NCBI GenBank assembly: GCA_965205505.1
Contig: CBDBHB010000009.1
Span: 1,248,001 to 1,312,000 of the forward strand
From: Acidobacteriota bacterium
Lineage (GTDB): Bacteria > Acidobacteriota > UBA890 > WLXD01
Length of the DNA stretch: 64,000 nt
Direction of reading: 5' to 3'
This document shows, piece after piece, positions 20,702 through 29,795 of this stretch (its first letter is position 1; each line of letters opens with the position of its first letter). Below the pieces are notes generated by a model. It was not told where the DNA came from. It was given only the letters and a program-made list of their open reading frames with translations, and made no database searches. A program made the translations under genes and the position numbers.

Positions 20702-20849
20702 AGGCACGGCGCCGGATCGATATAGTCGATGTGGCAGCGGCGACGGCGAGGACGGAGAAACGGGGAAAAGACACTCCCCGCACAAATGGACCCGGCCTAG
20801 AGGCGTTGATCAACACGCGGTCCTGGTCGGTGAGCGGCGCAGTTTCGGC

Positions 20850-21272
20850 AGCGCTCGGTGGCCCTAGCGCGCGAGCTAGATCCGGACCTACCCGGGCAAG
20901 GTCAAGAATACCAGCTGCTTCCTGACGGACATGGCACGGCCGCATCGAAGGGCACGAGGTCATCGGTGCCGCCGCGTGGGTGCCGGCATGCATGGCTCAG
21001 CCGACATTCGTGCGTTCCAGGCCGAGGTTCTCGAGGAACACGTGCGCACCCATCGGTCGCTTCTAATGGATACAGCCATCTACGAATGCAACATCGGCCA
21101 CGACACAAACGGCAACCCTCGACTGGGTAAGAGCCGTACGCGAGGACGCATCGACGCACTGGAAGCCGCCGTCCTGGCGGTGGGATTGGGGCGCTGGTGG
21201 CGCTTGCCGTCTCCGGACCGCACAGTTGTCCGTAGCCCATACGACTACGTGCTCACCGAGATCTACACCTGA
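20850..21272 (+). pseudogene. Terminase large subunit, C-terminal nuclease fragment
   Basis: DTNGNPRLGKSRTRGRIDALEAAVLAVG matches the C-terminal pattern of COG4626-type TerL. Confidence 0.6.
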
Positions 21273-21669
21273 CGGCTGGGGCCGAACCTGCTCACGAAGG
21301 CGCTGGCGAAAATCGGGCGCCGACGGATCTCATCGTTGGTCCGCGCCCATCTACGGGACAATGGCTACCTGGTGCCGGCGGGCACGACTTGGTCTCCGAT
21401 CCTGAACTACGTGCACGGTACCGGAGATCCTTGGCTGTTCGATCTCTACAAGGCCGGGCTCCCGTCCACGCCCGATATCGCGGTGAGTCCCTGAAGGAGA
21501 GCCGTTGCACCCATACCAGCGGCGCTGACTCATCCGGTATAAGCGGTACAGCCGGTACAGACCATGCCCGGCCGACAGGGCTTGTACCGGATGTACCGGT
21601 TGAAAGGATGCCTTCCGCGAAACAGTGCCGAGAAAGCGGGCCCGAACACGGAACCGGCTCAGGCAGATG

Positions 21670-21937
21670 CCGAGTGAAGTGTTTTGCTTTGAGTGTCGCG
21701 GAGCGATTGATCCGACGATCCCATGCGGAAAGCGTCAGCATGCACGTGTGCGGGCGAAGGCTGCATCTTCGGGCTGCTTCCGCTCCGATCCCGGAGCTGC
21801 TCGAGGCCATCCGCGTTCACAAGGACGAGATTCTCGAAGCACTCCAGAATGACCGCCGGAGCCTATCGATCGGCTGCCTGAAGCCACCGGAGCCGATGCG
21901 GACAGTGTCCCGGCTGCCACGGCGGATTGCAGCCTGA
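21670..21937 (+). pseudogene. Small TubC-N-docking-like domain often found next to phage primases
   Basis: GRRLHLRAASAPIPELLEAIRVHKDEILEAL. Confidence 0.45.
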
Positions 21938-22049
21938 CGAAGAGAGCTCACCTTGTGCAGCCTTGCCGTAGAGCTATATTGGGCGGGGTGCGCCCGACTT
22001 CATGGTAGCGTCGCTTCGGGTCGTCCCACGCCACTAAACCGGACGAAGG

Positions 22050-22289
22050 ATGGAAGAATGGACGAAGAAACGTGCAGCCTTGAAATTTTGCCGTAGCCTA
22101 TTCGCGACTAGCAACCTGATCGGAACCGACTTCGACGATGTTCGGGTGATGGAAATCGTGAAGCGAGACTTCCCGCAACAACCCGGCGGAGACAGCGTGC
22201 ACGTCACGTTCTCCGTTAGCTGGCACGCAATCGGGAAGGCTGGTGAGGACGCGCACGGCGCCTTGGAGGTGCTTCTCCCGAGTGAATGA
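22050..22289 (+). CDS. Hypothetical protein
   Basis: 79-aa ATG ORF of normal composition. No motif. Confidence 0.35.
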   Translation: MEEWTKKRAALKFCRSLFATSNLIGTDFDDVRVMEIVKRDFPQQPGGDSVHVTFSVSWHAIGKAGEDAHGALEVLLPSE

Positions 22290-22307
22290 AACCGCCTGGA
22301 ACTCTCG

Positions 22308-22738
22308 TGACCTGACCCGCTGAAACAGATCCAGAAGTAATCACATGATCTGGGTCGAGAAAGGGAGGTCAGAGTGGTGAGTAAGAGGCACAGCGCCGAG
22401 CAGATCGTGCGCAAGCTCCGAGAGGCAAGGGGCCGGTGGTCGATAGCCCAGCGAGCTGTGCGGTCGAACTCGGTTGTACTGCTGCCGCCACCTCTCGATC
22501 AGAACCCGTGCCTGCTTGAGCGTGTAGAAGATCTCCCGGTCCAGCAGCTCGTCGCGGAGCTTGCCGTTGAAGCTCTCCACGTAACCGTTGTCCTTAAGGC
22601 GAGCCCGGCTCCATCAACAGCCTCCCACTAAGGCGCTGTTGTTGAACCCCGCTCCGCTACGCTCCGCCGGCTTCAACAACCCCTTGTCGGCACCGTGTTA
22701 CTGAGATAAGACGTGGTACTAACCGCGGGGTCAGGTCA
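22308..22738. mobile_element. Internally rearranged mini-IS3
   Basis: Ends tgacctgaccc...ggggtcaggtca. OrfA start VSKRHSAEQIVRKLREA on +, OrfB end ESFNGKLRDELL..RPHSSLGYRPPAP on -. Confidence 0.8.
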
Positions 22739-23127
22739 GTCGGTTGTCGATCCTGCAACCGCGTAGAGGACACTGTGCTTTACGTGCCTTCGCTCGCAGT
22801 CTGAAGGACGGACTGATAGGGAGTACGCAATGAGCGAGACTTGGCGGTTCTCCCCCTCTGGTCTCGTATACGGTCGTGCCTAGATCGCTCCGATTGGATC
22901 GGACGCCGGAGGAACTCGGTCGAGAGTTCCTGGCGATGCAGACACGCATCGACCTGTCGCGTCTGTGCCGCCAGGGCCGCTGGCGACGGTTGCCCTGAAT
23001 CAAGTCGGCCCAATACGTCAATGTCCGCTGTCGGGACCGAAGTCGTCGCTCAGCATGGAGCCACCCCAGTGCGGAGTTTCATCTCGCATCCACCGTCATA
23101 GTCCGTTGCGATGCAATGCCTCTGGAC

Positions 23128-23853
23128 TCATGATATTGCAACCTTCGGTTCGGGCATTTGATTCCAGATGCGGTTGTCCAGCATCCGGCCTGTCTTCTTC
23201 TTGAATACGCCGCCCCATTGTTTAAAGAAGAACGGCACATTGCTTTGCAGGCAGTTGTCGCGGATGTCCCGTACCCAGTCCGCTTCCATTGGCCGCGCGC
23301 CCGGCCCGGATTCGCCGCCGACGATGACCCAATCGATCTCTTGAAGCGGTATTTCCGCCAACGGTCCGAGCAAGGGTTCGAGAGACAAGAACTTCGTATG
23401 GGCTCCGGTTGCCTTAAGTTGATCTAATCTTCGCATCCACCGTTCGGACTCGATGCTGGTGCCGAGCCATATGTTCGACGTCCAGCACAGTCTCTCGTCC
23501 AGCGCTACGACGCGGCCCGGCCGCTTCGTTAGCACCTGAAAGGTATGCTGCGATGCGCGATTCATGACTTCAAAAACGGCCTCGATGAACCGCGATGATA
23601 CCGACTCATGGAAAAGATCGGACATGGAATTCACGAATACAAGGCGCGGTCTGCACCATTTCAACGGCTCGTCCAGAGTGGACTCGTGAACGACTACCGA
23701 GAATCCCCGCCTATATTTGTCCAACCCCATAGCCCGTAGTCTCTTAGCCATGCGCTCCGCATAGCAGAACTGGCAGCCGTGGCTGATTTTGGTGCAGCCC
23801 GTTACCGGGTTCCAGGTAGCCTCGGTCCATTCGATTGCGGAGCGTGTAGACAT
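23128..23853 (-). CDS. DUF5131 / phage Gp37/Gp68 family protein (three-Cys, radical-SAM-like)
   Basis: [72 protein letters not shown]. Confidence 0.93.
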   Translation of the reverse strand: MSTRSAIEWTEATWNPVTGCTKISHGCQFCYAERMAKRLRAMGLDKYRRGFSVVVHESTLDEPLKWCRPRLVFVNSMSDLFHESVSSRFIEAVFEVMNRASQHTFQVLTKRPGRVVALDERLCWTSNIWLGTSIESERWMRRLDQLKATGAHTKFLSLEPLLGPLAEIPLQEIDWVIVGGESGPGARPMEADWVRDIRDNCLQSNVPFFFKQWGGVFKKKTGRMLDNRIWNQMPEPKVAIS

Positions 23854-23855
23854 CG

Positions 23856-24716
23856 CTACAGACGTTCTAAGATATGCGTGGCAATGTTTGTGGCGACCTG
23901 CTTGCCCCTTGGATTGCCGACGCAGAACAGAAATTCAAACAATGGGGACTTCTTGGAGTTCTTTAAGGTTCTGGATTGCGTCAGCAATCTGTCTCCGAAC
24001 AACCTACCGAGCTTGTCCTTGTAGACTTCGAGAAGCCCACCAACACCGGGATCCCTCTCCTGATCTGTATCCCCAAACAGGGTTGGTTGAGGGCTGTTCC
24101 GGTAGAGTTCCCGCCAGCTCTCATCGCGAAAAACCAGTTCCAACCGCTTGACCCATTGGACTGAAATATCGTCCGGTTGCTTCGATCTTGGAAGCATCCG
24201 CGCGATCGCCGACACGGGGAATAGAATCCATGTGTCCAGTGCATTGAAGGCCGCTATTGTTTGGATAGTGGACCACTCGACGTCAGTTGCAAAGGGGTCC
24301 AAGAAAAGGACGCCACGCCATCGGCACCAATCTTCGTTGAGATTGGACAGAAATTTGTTTGCATCGGAGTTCTCTATTGAGATATTTCTTCCAGGATTAG
24401 TAGCACGCACCTCCTCTAGTCGCGCACATCGGCGAGAATCTTCCTCAACGAAGATCAGTCTGTCGAAAGGCTTATCCTTAATGCTGACAGCTCGCTCAAC
24501 GGAGCCACTCACGAAGTGGCGGATCTCGTTATCGTCCTCATCGCTGGGCACTACGATCCGGCCCGTGCCCGCAAATGCGTCTATGTACAAAAGCTTGAAC
24601 GGCTGACTCTTCAACGCCGTCGTGTACGCGTCGAGATAACTCTCCAATATGCCAAGCTTCTCGAGTGTCCATGCTCCACCGAACAGCGTGGATGAGTTCT
24701 GTTCTAGGTCTCTCAT
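23856..24716 (-). CDS. tcmP: Three-Cys-motif partner protein TcmP (SAM-binding fold)
   Basis: [36 protein letters not shown]. Adjacent to DUF5131. Confidence 0.88.
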   Translation of the reverse strand: MRDLEQNSSTLFGGAWTLEKLGILESYLDAYTTALKSQPFKLLYIDAFAGTGRIVVPSDEDDNEIRHFVSGSVERAVSIKDKPFDRLIFVEEDSRRCARLEEVRATNPGRNISIENSDANKFLSNLNEDWCRWRGVLFLDPFATDVEWSTIQTIAAFNALDTWILFPVSAIARMLPRSKQPDDISVQWVKRLELVFRDESWRELYRNSPQPTLFGDTDQERDPGVGGLLEVYKDKLGRLFGDRLLTQSRTLKNSKKSPLFEFLFCVGNPRGKQVATNIATHILERL

Positions 24717-24822
24717 TCTTTCAGGTCCGCAATCTTCAAGCTCTCGATCCCGCGGTTGTCCACGATCTTGACCGCTGCTCGTCCGTGTTCCACCGGCTTC
24801 GAAGGCAGGGAGACAGTTGCCG
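24713..24822 (-). pseudogene. C-terminal remnant of a site-specific DNA methyltransferase (type III Mod-like)
   Basis: [34 protein letters not shown]. Its TGA overlaps the tcmP ATG. Confidence 0.6.
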
Positions 24823-25009
24823 CGATGCAGCTAACGATCGCGATGCCCATCGGATACCGTTGAACGGTACCCTTGATCGCGGCTGCCGGAACGCTGCGGT
24901 GCGGTTGGTCGAATTCGTAGCTCAGTTGGGCCGTGAGATTGAGAGGCGTCCATTGTGTGAAGATATCTGACCATGTCTGTGAACGACCGTGTTTCCACTG
25001 ATTGTAGCG

Positions 25010-25215
25010 AAGTCGAGGCGCTCACACTCGATCTGGTCGGACCCTGGGCGGGCCATGAACTTGACGCTGAGCAGTTGCCGGGCCGTGAGCGCCCGTCGAA
25101 CTGGTACGTGGCCGGTTTTCTCATCCCAACGGACACACCAGCCGACCGGCGTGCTGATGCGGACGAGGACGAGGACCTGCATACGGTCCCCGACGCGGCC
25201 GGTCTACCTGCCGCG
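25010..25215 (+). pseudogene. DISARM helicase DrmA-like N-terminal fragment
   Basis: VEALTLDLVGPWAGHEL..E.LPG..RPSNWYVAGFLIP...ADADEDED, recognised from memory of DrmA N-termini. Confidence 0.55.
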
Positions 25216-25550
25216 TCGATCACCCGCCGCGTGAGTACTTCGGCAGAGGCGATTTGCCGGTGGCGGATGTCCTCGGCGCCGAGCGCCCGGTAGATCCCTT
25301 GCCCGTGGATCCGGCACACGCGGCCGATGCCGGTGATGCCGGGCGGGTTCTCTTCGGCGGCCACGCCTTGGGCGATGAGGGCATGGACCGCGCGGCGCAC
25401 CTTCTCGATGTGGCAACCCAGAACCTCGTCCACTGCGCCCGGGTGAAGACACCGCCGTGTAGACAGGCCAGGGCGATCCATTCGGCGCGGCGTCCCGTCC
25501 AGCCGAAGGCCTCCAGCGCCTTTCTCGCGTCCCTTCAGATGGGCGATCAT
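25215..25550 (-). pseudogene. Fragment of a mobile-element-associated hypothetical protein
   Basis: MIAHLKGREK/ALEAFGWTGRRAEWIALACLHGGVFTRAQ../..RVCRIHGQGIYRALGAEDIRHR across frameshifts. Confidence 0.4.
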
Positions 25551-25753
25551 CGCTGCTGCGTCTCTCTGTGGGGCTGCCCGGGGGCCAGAACATCGGAGGC
25601 GAACCGGATAGCCGGTTCAGGAACCGTTACGGTGGCATCCGAACTACATTGAGGAGTCCGCTTTCTGCGGTTTCACAACGGGCAATGAGGCGATGCCCCA
25701 GGGTCTCCAGCTGAGTGCCAGGTGTGGACTAGGCTCCGCCGGTCGGCTTCGCC

Positions 25754-25832
25754 CGGAATCGGTGGACGGCATACGTCGGAATCACTGGACAGCATCGATC
25801 GGAATCGGTGGACAGCTTGGCCGGAATACGCA
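25754..25832. mobile_element. IS21-family terminal repeat remnant
   Basis: cggaatc..tggac units at 22-23-bp period (25754, 25777, 25800, 25822), ending cggaatacgca. Confidence 0.7.
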
Positions 25833-25915
25833 CCGGGAGACTGGTGAGGTCACAGCGGCCGTGGCGCATCGCGTGGACAAGCGGACCCTTGGAGAGTCAG
25901 TTCGAAAGCAGCGCG
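25833..25915 (+). pseudogene. IS1595-family transposase fragment
   Basis: RETGEVTAAVAHRVDKRTLGESVRK. Confidence 0.4.
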
Positions 25916-25928
25916 GTCCGGGCCGATG

Positions 25929-27505
25929 TCAGACGATGACCTCAAGGGCATAGCGCCGATCCAGGTACGGGTGCGCAAACTGGTTGCGGTAGCTGCGCAG
26001 GCAACCGTAGCAGCTGGAGTCGCAGCCGCAGTTTCCTTGGACTCGCTGCCTCGCGTTGGCGAGTACCTCGTCGAACACAATCCCCTGCTCCATTTGGGCC
26101 ACCAGCCCGGCGCCGCCGGGCACGTTGTCGTACAGCACGATGGCGGACTCGCCGGGATTGCCTCCGCCAGCGATCGTCGCGTTCAGGTCGGTGTCCGGAA
26201 CATCCAGGGTCTCCGCCGCGCCGAGCAGCATCGCATACGCGACGGAATAAGCGGCCCACTCGCCGTGCAATCCCGGAAACTGCAGACGCACGACATCGGT
26301 CACCAGTTCGTGGCCCAGCGAGAACCGTCCCAGCGTCCCGCTGCATGGAGAGTTCGACGGTGAATTGTGCGTCGCCTTGGGCGAGGTCATGTGCGCACCG
26401 CAAGAACGGCCGATAAGGAAACCCTCCCGCTTCCTGCCCTCGCTAAGGATGACAAGGGTCCCGGGTTGAGCCTTTGTAACCTGGACGCCGGAGAGGATCC
26501 TCGTTTCGGGTAGGTCATCGTCGTCAAAGCCTCGAAAAAACGGTCGCGTCGTATACAGGCGACGCGCCCGCCCGTGCGGCTCCTTCGGTTGCTTGAAGAG
26601 CGGCGTTACGAACCCGAACTCCGGTATCAGGTATTTTCGTGCATTGGGCGGTGCGGTCGGATCGCCCTCGTTCCATTGCTTGAAACTGCGCGTGTCGTTG
26701 TATCGATAATGCCGAACGGGCCATTCCTTACCGGAGACCTTCTTCACGCCGCAGGATTCCCACTCCAGTTTCCTGGCCACCACCTTGCCGCCGGGGGCAT
26801 ATTCGGCGATGGCCTGCGACAGATCGTGCTGGAGCGTAACGCCCATACGGTTGCCGTCCCGGGGACGAGTATCGAGTTCGACGACATCCACGGGGAACCC
26901 GTACTTCGGGATGACCGCCTTGCGGGACAAGAAATTAAGCGTCTGCTCGCGGGCAATGGTCTTCATGCGGTCTTCCACTCTGTCCGTGCCCTTGCGTCGG
27001 TCGAACAGATCCTGCCGGTTACGCTCCATGTCGACATAGTCCGAGCACACTTCAATCTCCACGGCAGCAAGCCGACTGTCGGACCCCGCAACCTGCTCGG
27101 TCCATGCGTCCGCTGCGAGTCCGGTGCTCTTGTGCAGGAGATCGGGAACGATCTCGCGCAGTGACGCTGCCAATGTGCTGTTGTTCTCGCAGAACGCCCT
27201 CAGGTCCAGCGTTGCGCGTGGGCTATGCCAGTCCCCAACCAAGTCCTGTACACGGTTGAATCGCATGGCGTTGCTGCCGGATCTGAAGAAGGCGGACAGG
27301 GCAGTGGCCACCATGTGCCGCAAGACGATCTTCTGGTTCGTCAACCGCAGGCGCGGCGGGTGCACCGCGCCACGGATTAGCCGATGTTCCGGATCTTCGT
27401 AGTGATACAGGTCATGGGGATTTCGGCGGCAGTACGTCAGAGCCAGGCCTGGCGTGGCCGCTCGCCCCGCCCGCCCCACGCGTTGCGTGTAGTTGAAGGG
27501 TTCCG
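25929..27505 (-). pseudogene. DEAD/DEAH helicase C-terminal half with DUF1998 zinc domain, 5'-truncated
   Basis: Motif VI NYTQRVGRAGR, IPKYGFPVD, AIAEYAPG, LYDNVPGGAG, CGCDSSCYGCLRSYRNQ. Motifs I-V absent. Confidence 0.8.
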
Positions 27506-27660
27506 CGCCCGTGAATGGCCGACAGCGACCGGTAGCGGCGCCTCTCGAACGTGAAGCCCCATCGAGCACTTCGACCACCAGGTCGCGGCCCCGATAAGCG
27601 CGGCGAAGCAGCATCCCCGGCTGCGGAGCACGCCATCGCGATTCAGGGATAGGCGCACGT
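27505..27660 (-). pseudogene. DUF2924 domain fragment
   Basis: PGMLLRRAYRGRDLVVEVLD/GFTFERRRYRSLSAI. Confidence 0.65.
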
Positions 27661-27934
27661 GCAGCCGCCACACAGCGGCCCAGGATCGCCGCGGGTACCG
27701 CATACCAAATCTCTGATGCTGGGTGCGGCGGCGGCGGCTCTCAGCGGCTCTAATACGCTTGCGCCCTAGTCTGCGGGCCTTCCGCACGACCCCGGTAGCG
27801 CAACTGGGCGACGGCACCGCGGACGGAGATCGGTGATCACGCGGAGCATGGACCTCGAAATCGCGGCGCACGAAGCCGTCGAAGATACCTCAACAACTCC
27901 CCCCTGAGGAGATCGGTCCCCCTACCGTGCCGCG

Positions 27935-29260
27935 CTAGGAAGTCGCCTGTAGCGAGCCGGCGATGGGCTCGGTAGTTGCCGACAGTCGTTCCGTCCCTGT
28001 ATGTAGAACCGTTGCCTGCTCTCCTGTCATCAGTTCGTGGATGCGCGCCGCCACCCTGTCGGCGGCCGCGATCAGCACGCTATCAAGGTGGTGGATGTAG
28101 CGGCTCGTTACCGAACTGGCCGCATGGCCCACAAGGGCGGCGATGGTGTGCTCGGTGAAGCCCAGATCGCCCGCCATGCTGGCGTAGGAGTGACGCAGAG
28201 TGTGGAAGGTAACACCCTCTAGTGCAGCGCCTTGGACGATCTTGCGCCAAAGGGGACGCATCCCATCTACCGTGACCGGTCCCTTGCCGCGAGCAGCTGG
28301 AAACAGATAGGCAACCGGTTCATCCGGCTCTACAGTGCCTAGCACATCCAACGCCGCCCGCCCGATCGGACGAACCGACGCACCCGTCTTGGAGTCTTCC
28401 AGACGCCAGCACCGCCCCTCGAAGTCCACCTCGGACCATTTCAGGTTCGTGACTTCGCCAACACGGCATCCGGTCAGCGCCAGTAACCGCATGACCATGA
28501 GGGCTCGACCGTTGCTGCCTTCATCCTCGGCACCCTGCAAGGCCGCGCCGAGAGCCCTGTACTCCTCGGCGTTCAAGCGCCGCGTGCGACGATTGTACGC
28601 GGGAGTTTTGACCCCATGCACCGGGTTGAACGGGATCACCCCTTCGGACACCGCAAAGGACAGGATGCTGCCCAGCAGGCCGACGCAACGAGTGGCGGCG
28701 CCCATACCCCCCGTGACCACGGCCTTGCCGCGCGCTTTGGCCGTTTTCTCCACCACCGCCGTCTTGCCCGCGGCCACGTCGCGAATGAAGCGGTTCACGT
28801 CCGCTTGCCTCAACTCGTGAACCCGCTTGGTTCCCAAGAGCGGCTTGATATGGCGTTGGATCCGGCCCTGATCGTTGTACAGCGTCGATGCCTTCTTGGG
28901 CCTGCCCCGCTTGCCAACGATCAGGCCTCCTTCGGCGGCCTGCATGTATTTGTCGCACAACTCACCGACGGTGAGGGTGTTACGGCGTGTGGCACGCTCG
29001 GCGGCCGGATCGCCGCCCTTGAGTGCCCCGGCGAACGCCACTACGGCGAGCTTGCGGGCTTCATCGGCCGTGAGCTTGCCGTGTGGCCCGAGCGCCATGC
29101 GTCTGCGCACACCGTCACGGTTGCGGTAGTCGGCATAGTAGGTGCGCTTACCTGACGGGAACACGCGCAGGCCGAAACCCGACAGCTCCCCGCACCAGAT
29201 GAAGTAGGGGCGTTGTCTGGGGACGGCCGCATCGACGATTTTCTTGGTCAGTCTAGCCAT
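27935..29260 (-). CDS. Tyrosine recombinase/integrase with arm-DNA-binding N-terminus
   Basis: LSGFGLRVFPSGKRTY arm domain. Catalytic LTGCRVGE (R), DSKTG (K), HTLRH (HxxR), VGH and TSRY (Y) all present. Confidence 0.95.
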   Translation of the reverse strand: MARLTKKIVDAAVPRQRPYFIWCGELSGFGLRVFPSGKRTYYADYRNRDGVRRRMALGPHGKLTADEARKLAVVAFAGALKGGDPAAERATRRNTLTVGELCDKYMQAAEGGLIVGKRGRPKKASTLYNDQGRIQRHIKPLLGTKRVHELRQADVNRFIRDVAAGKTAVVEKTAKARGKAVVTGGMGAATRCVGLLGSILSFAVSEGVIPFNPVHGVKTPAYNRRTRRLNAEEYRALGAALQGAEDEGSNGRALMVMRLLALTGCRVGEVTNLKWSEVDFEGRCWRLEDSKTGASVRPIGRAALDVLGTVEPDEPVAYLFPAARGKGPVTVDGMRPLWRKIVQGAALEGVTFHTLRHSYASMAGDLGFTEHTIAALVGHAASSVTSRYIHHLDSVLIAAADRVAARIHELMTGEQATVLHTGTERLSATTEPIAGSLQATS

Positions 29261-29278
29261 CCTGATCCTCGTGTTGAA

Positions 29279-29294
29279 GTCACCAGATAGTCAC
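29279..29294 (+). repeat. Putative integrase arm-type site gtcaccagatagtcac (right)
   Basis: Exact copy of 7142-7157, about 20 bp upstream of the integrase start. Confidence 0.75.
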
Positions 29295-29430
29295 CAAAAA
29301 AGTGGAAAGGTGGCGACTGTCGGTGAGTTGATCGAAAGATCAGGATAGGTCATATATTCAATACCTACAATTGTTTAGAAGAATAAAGCTACTTTTTGAA
29401 GACTTCCGATATTGCCGGAAAATACCCCAT

Positions 29431-29451
29431 CGTCACCGCATCGCGGTGACG
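29431..29451. repeat. attR: perfect inverted repeat cgtcaccgc-atc-gcggtgacg containing the shared core
   Basis: 9-bp arms around a 3-bp centre. Includes ccgcatcgc shared with attL. Confidence 0.85.
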
Positions 29452-29721
29452 CTCGGGTTGCCGGATAGCCAGCGGCCCATCCGCTCTGGCACTGGGCTCG
29501 TCTGGACATACCTCACGTTCGGTGCTCACGCCGAGGGCAAGGGCTTCAGTAGCGTTACCGGCCGAGTGGAGATTGCCTTCGTGTCGCGGGGTACCGCGCG
29601 CAACAACTACACGATCTCCGGCGCGCAGGGCACCGGGATCTACCCTGCGTACGTGCTCCGTGCGCTCGAATTCAGCCGCCGTGCCGCGGTCGGTGAGGCA
29701 GCCAACCGCCCCGTCTCCTAG
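29436..29721 (+). pseudogene. GWxTD domain-containing protein, 3' part
   Basis: RIAVTLGLPD...VWTY...VEIAFV continues the GWxTD pattern (GRI...G.PD...W.Y) in frame with the 5' part. Confidence 0.85.
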
Positions 29722-29795
29722 GGTTGAGCTTGGCGCGCCGATAGGGAACCGTGGCGGTAGTCGCTGACGCTGCTACGCCAGACTGGAGGTTCCCG

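Larger units (their letters stand above)
7049..29449. mobile_element. Integrated tyrosine-integrase element (phage-satellite/PICI-like genomic island), ~22.4 kb
   Basis: Direct-repeat core ccgcatcgc(t/g)gtga at 7049-7062 and 29436-29449, intact integrase beside the right end, split host gene on both sides, primase and phage/defence cargo. Confidence 0.9.

Noticed and set aside
25754-25832. Short periodic repeats resembling a mini CRISPR array
   Set aside because: Period is only 22-23 bp, there are no unique spacers or cas genes, and the terminal ..tacgca fits IS21-family ends.
24973-27671. Functional DISARM or Druantia system
   Set aside because: Only a ~70-codon DrmA-like piece and a helicase lacking motifs I-V remain, on opposite strands.
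7049-29449. Complete prophage or conjugative ICE
   Set aside because: No capsid, portal, tail, lysis, recognisable relaxase or T4SS genes. Terminase pieces are fragments.
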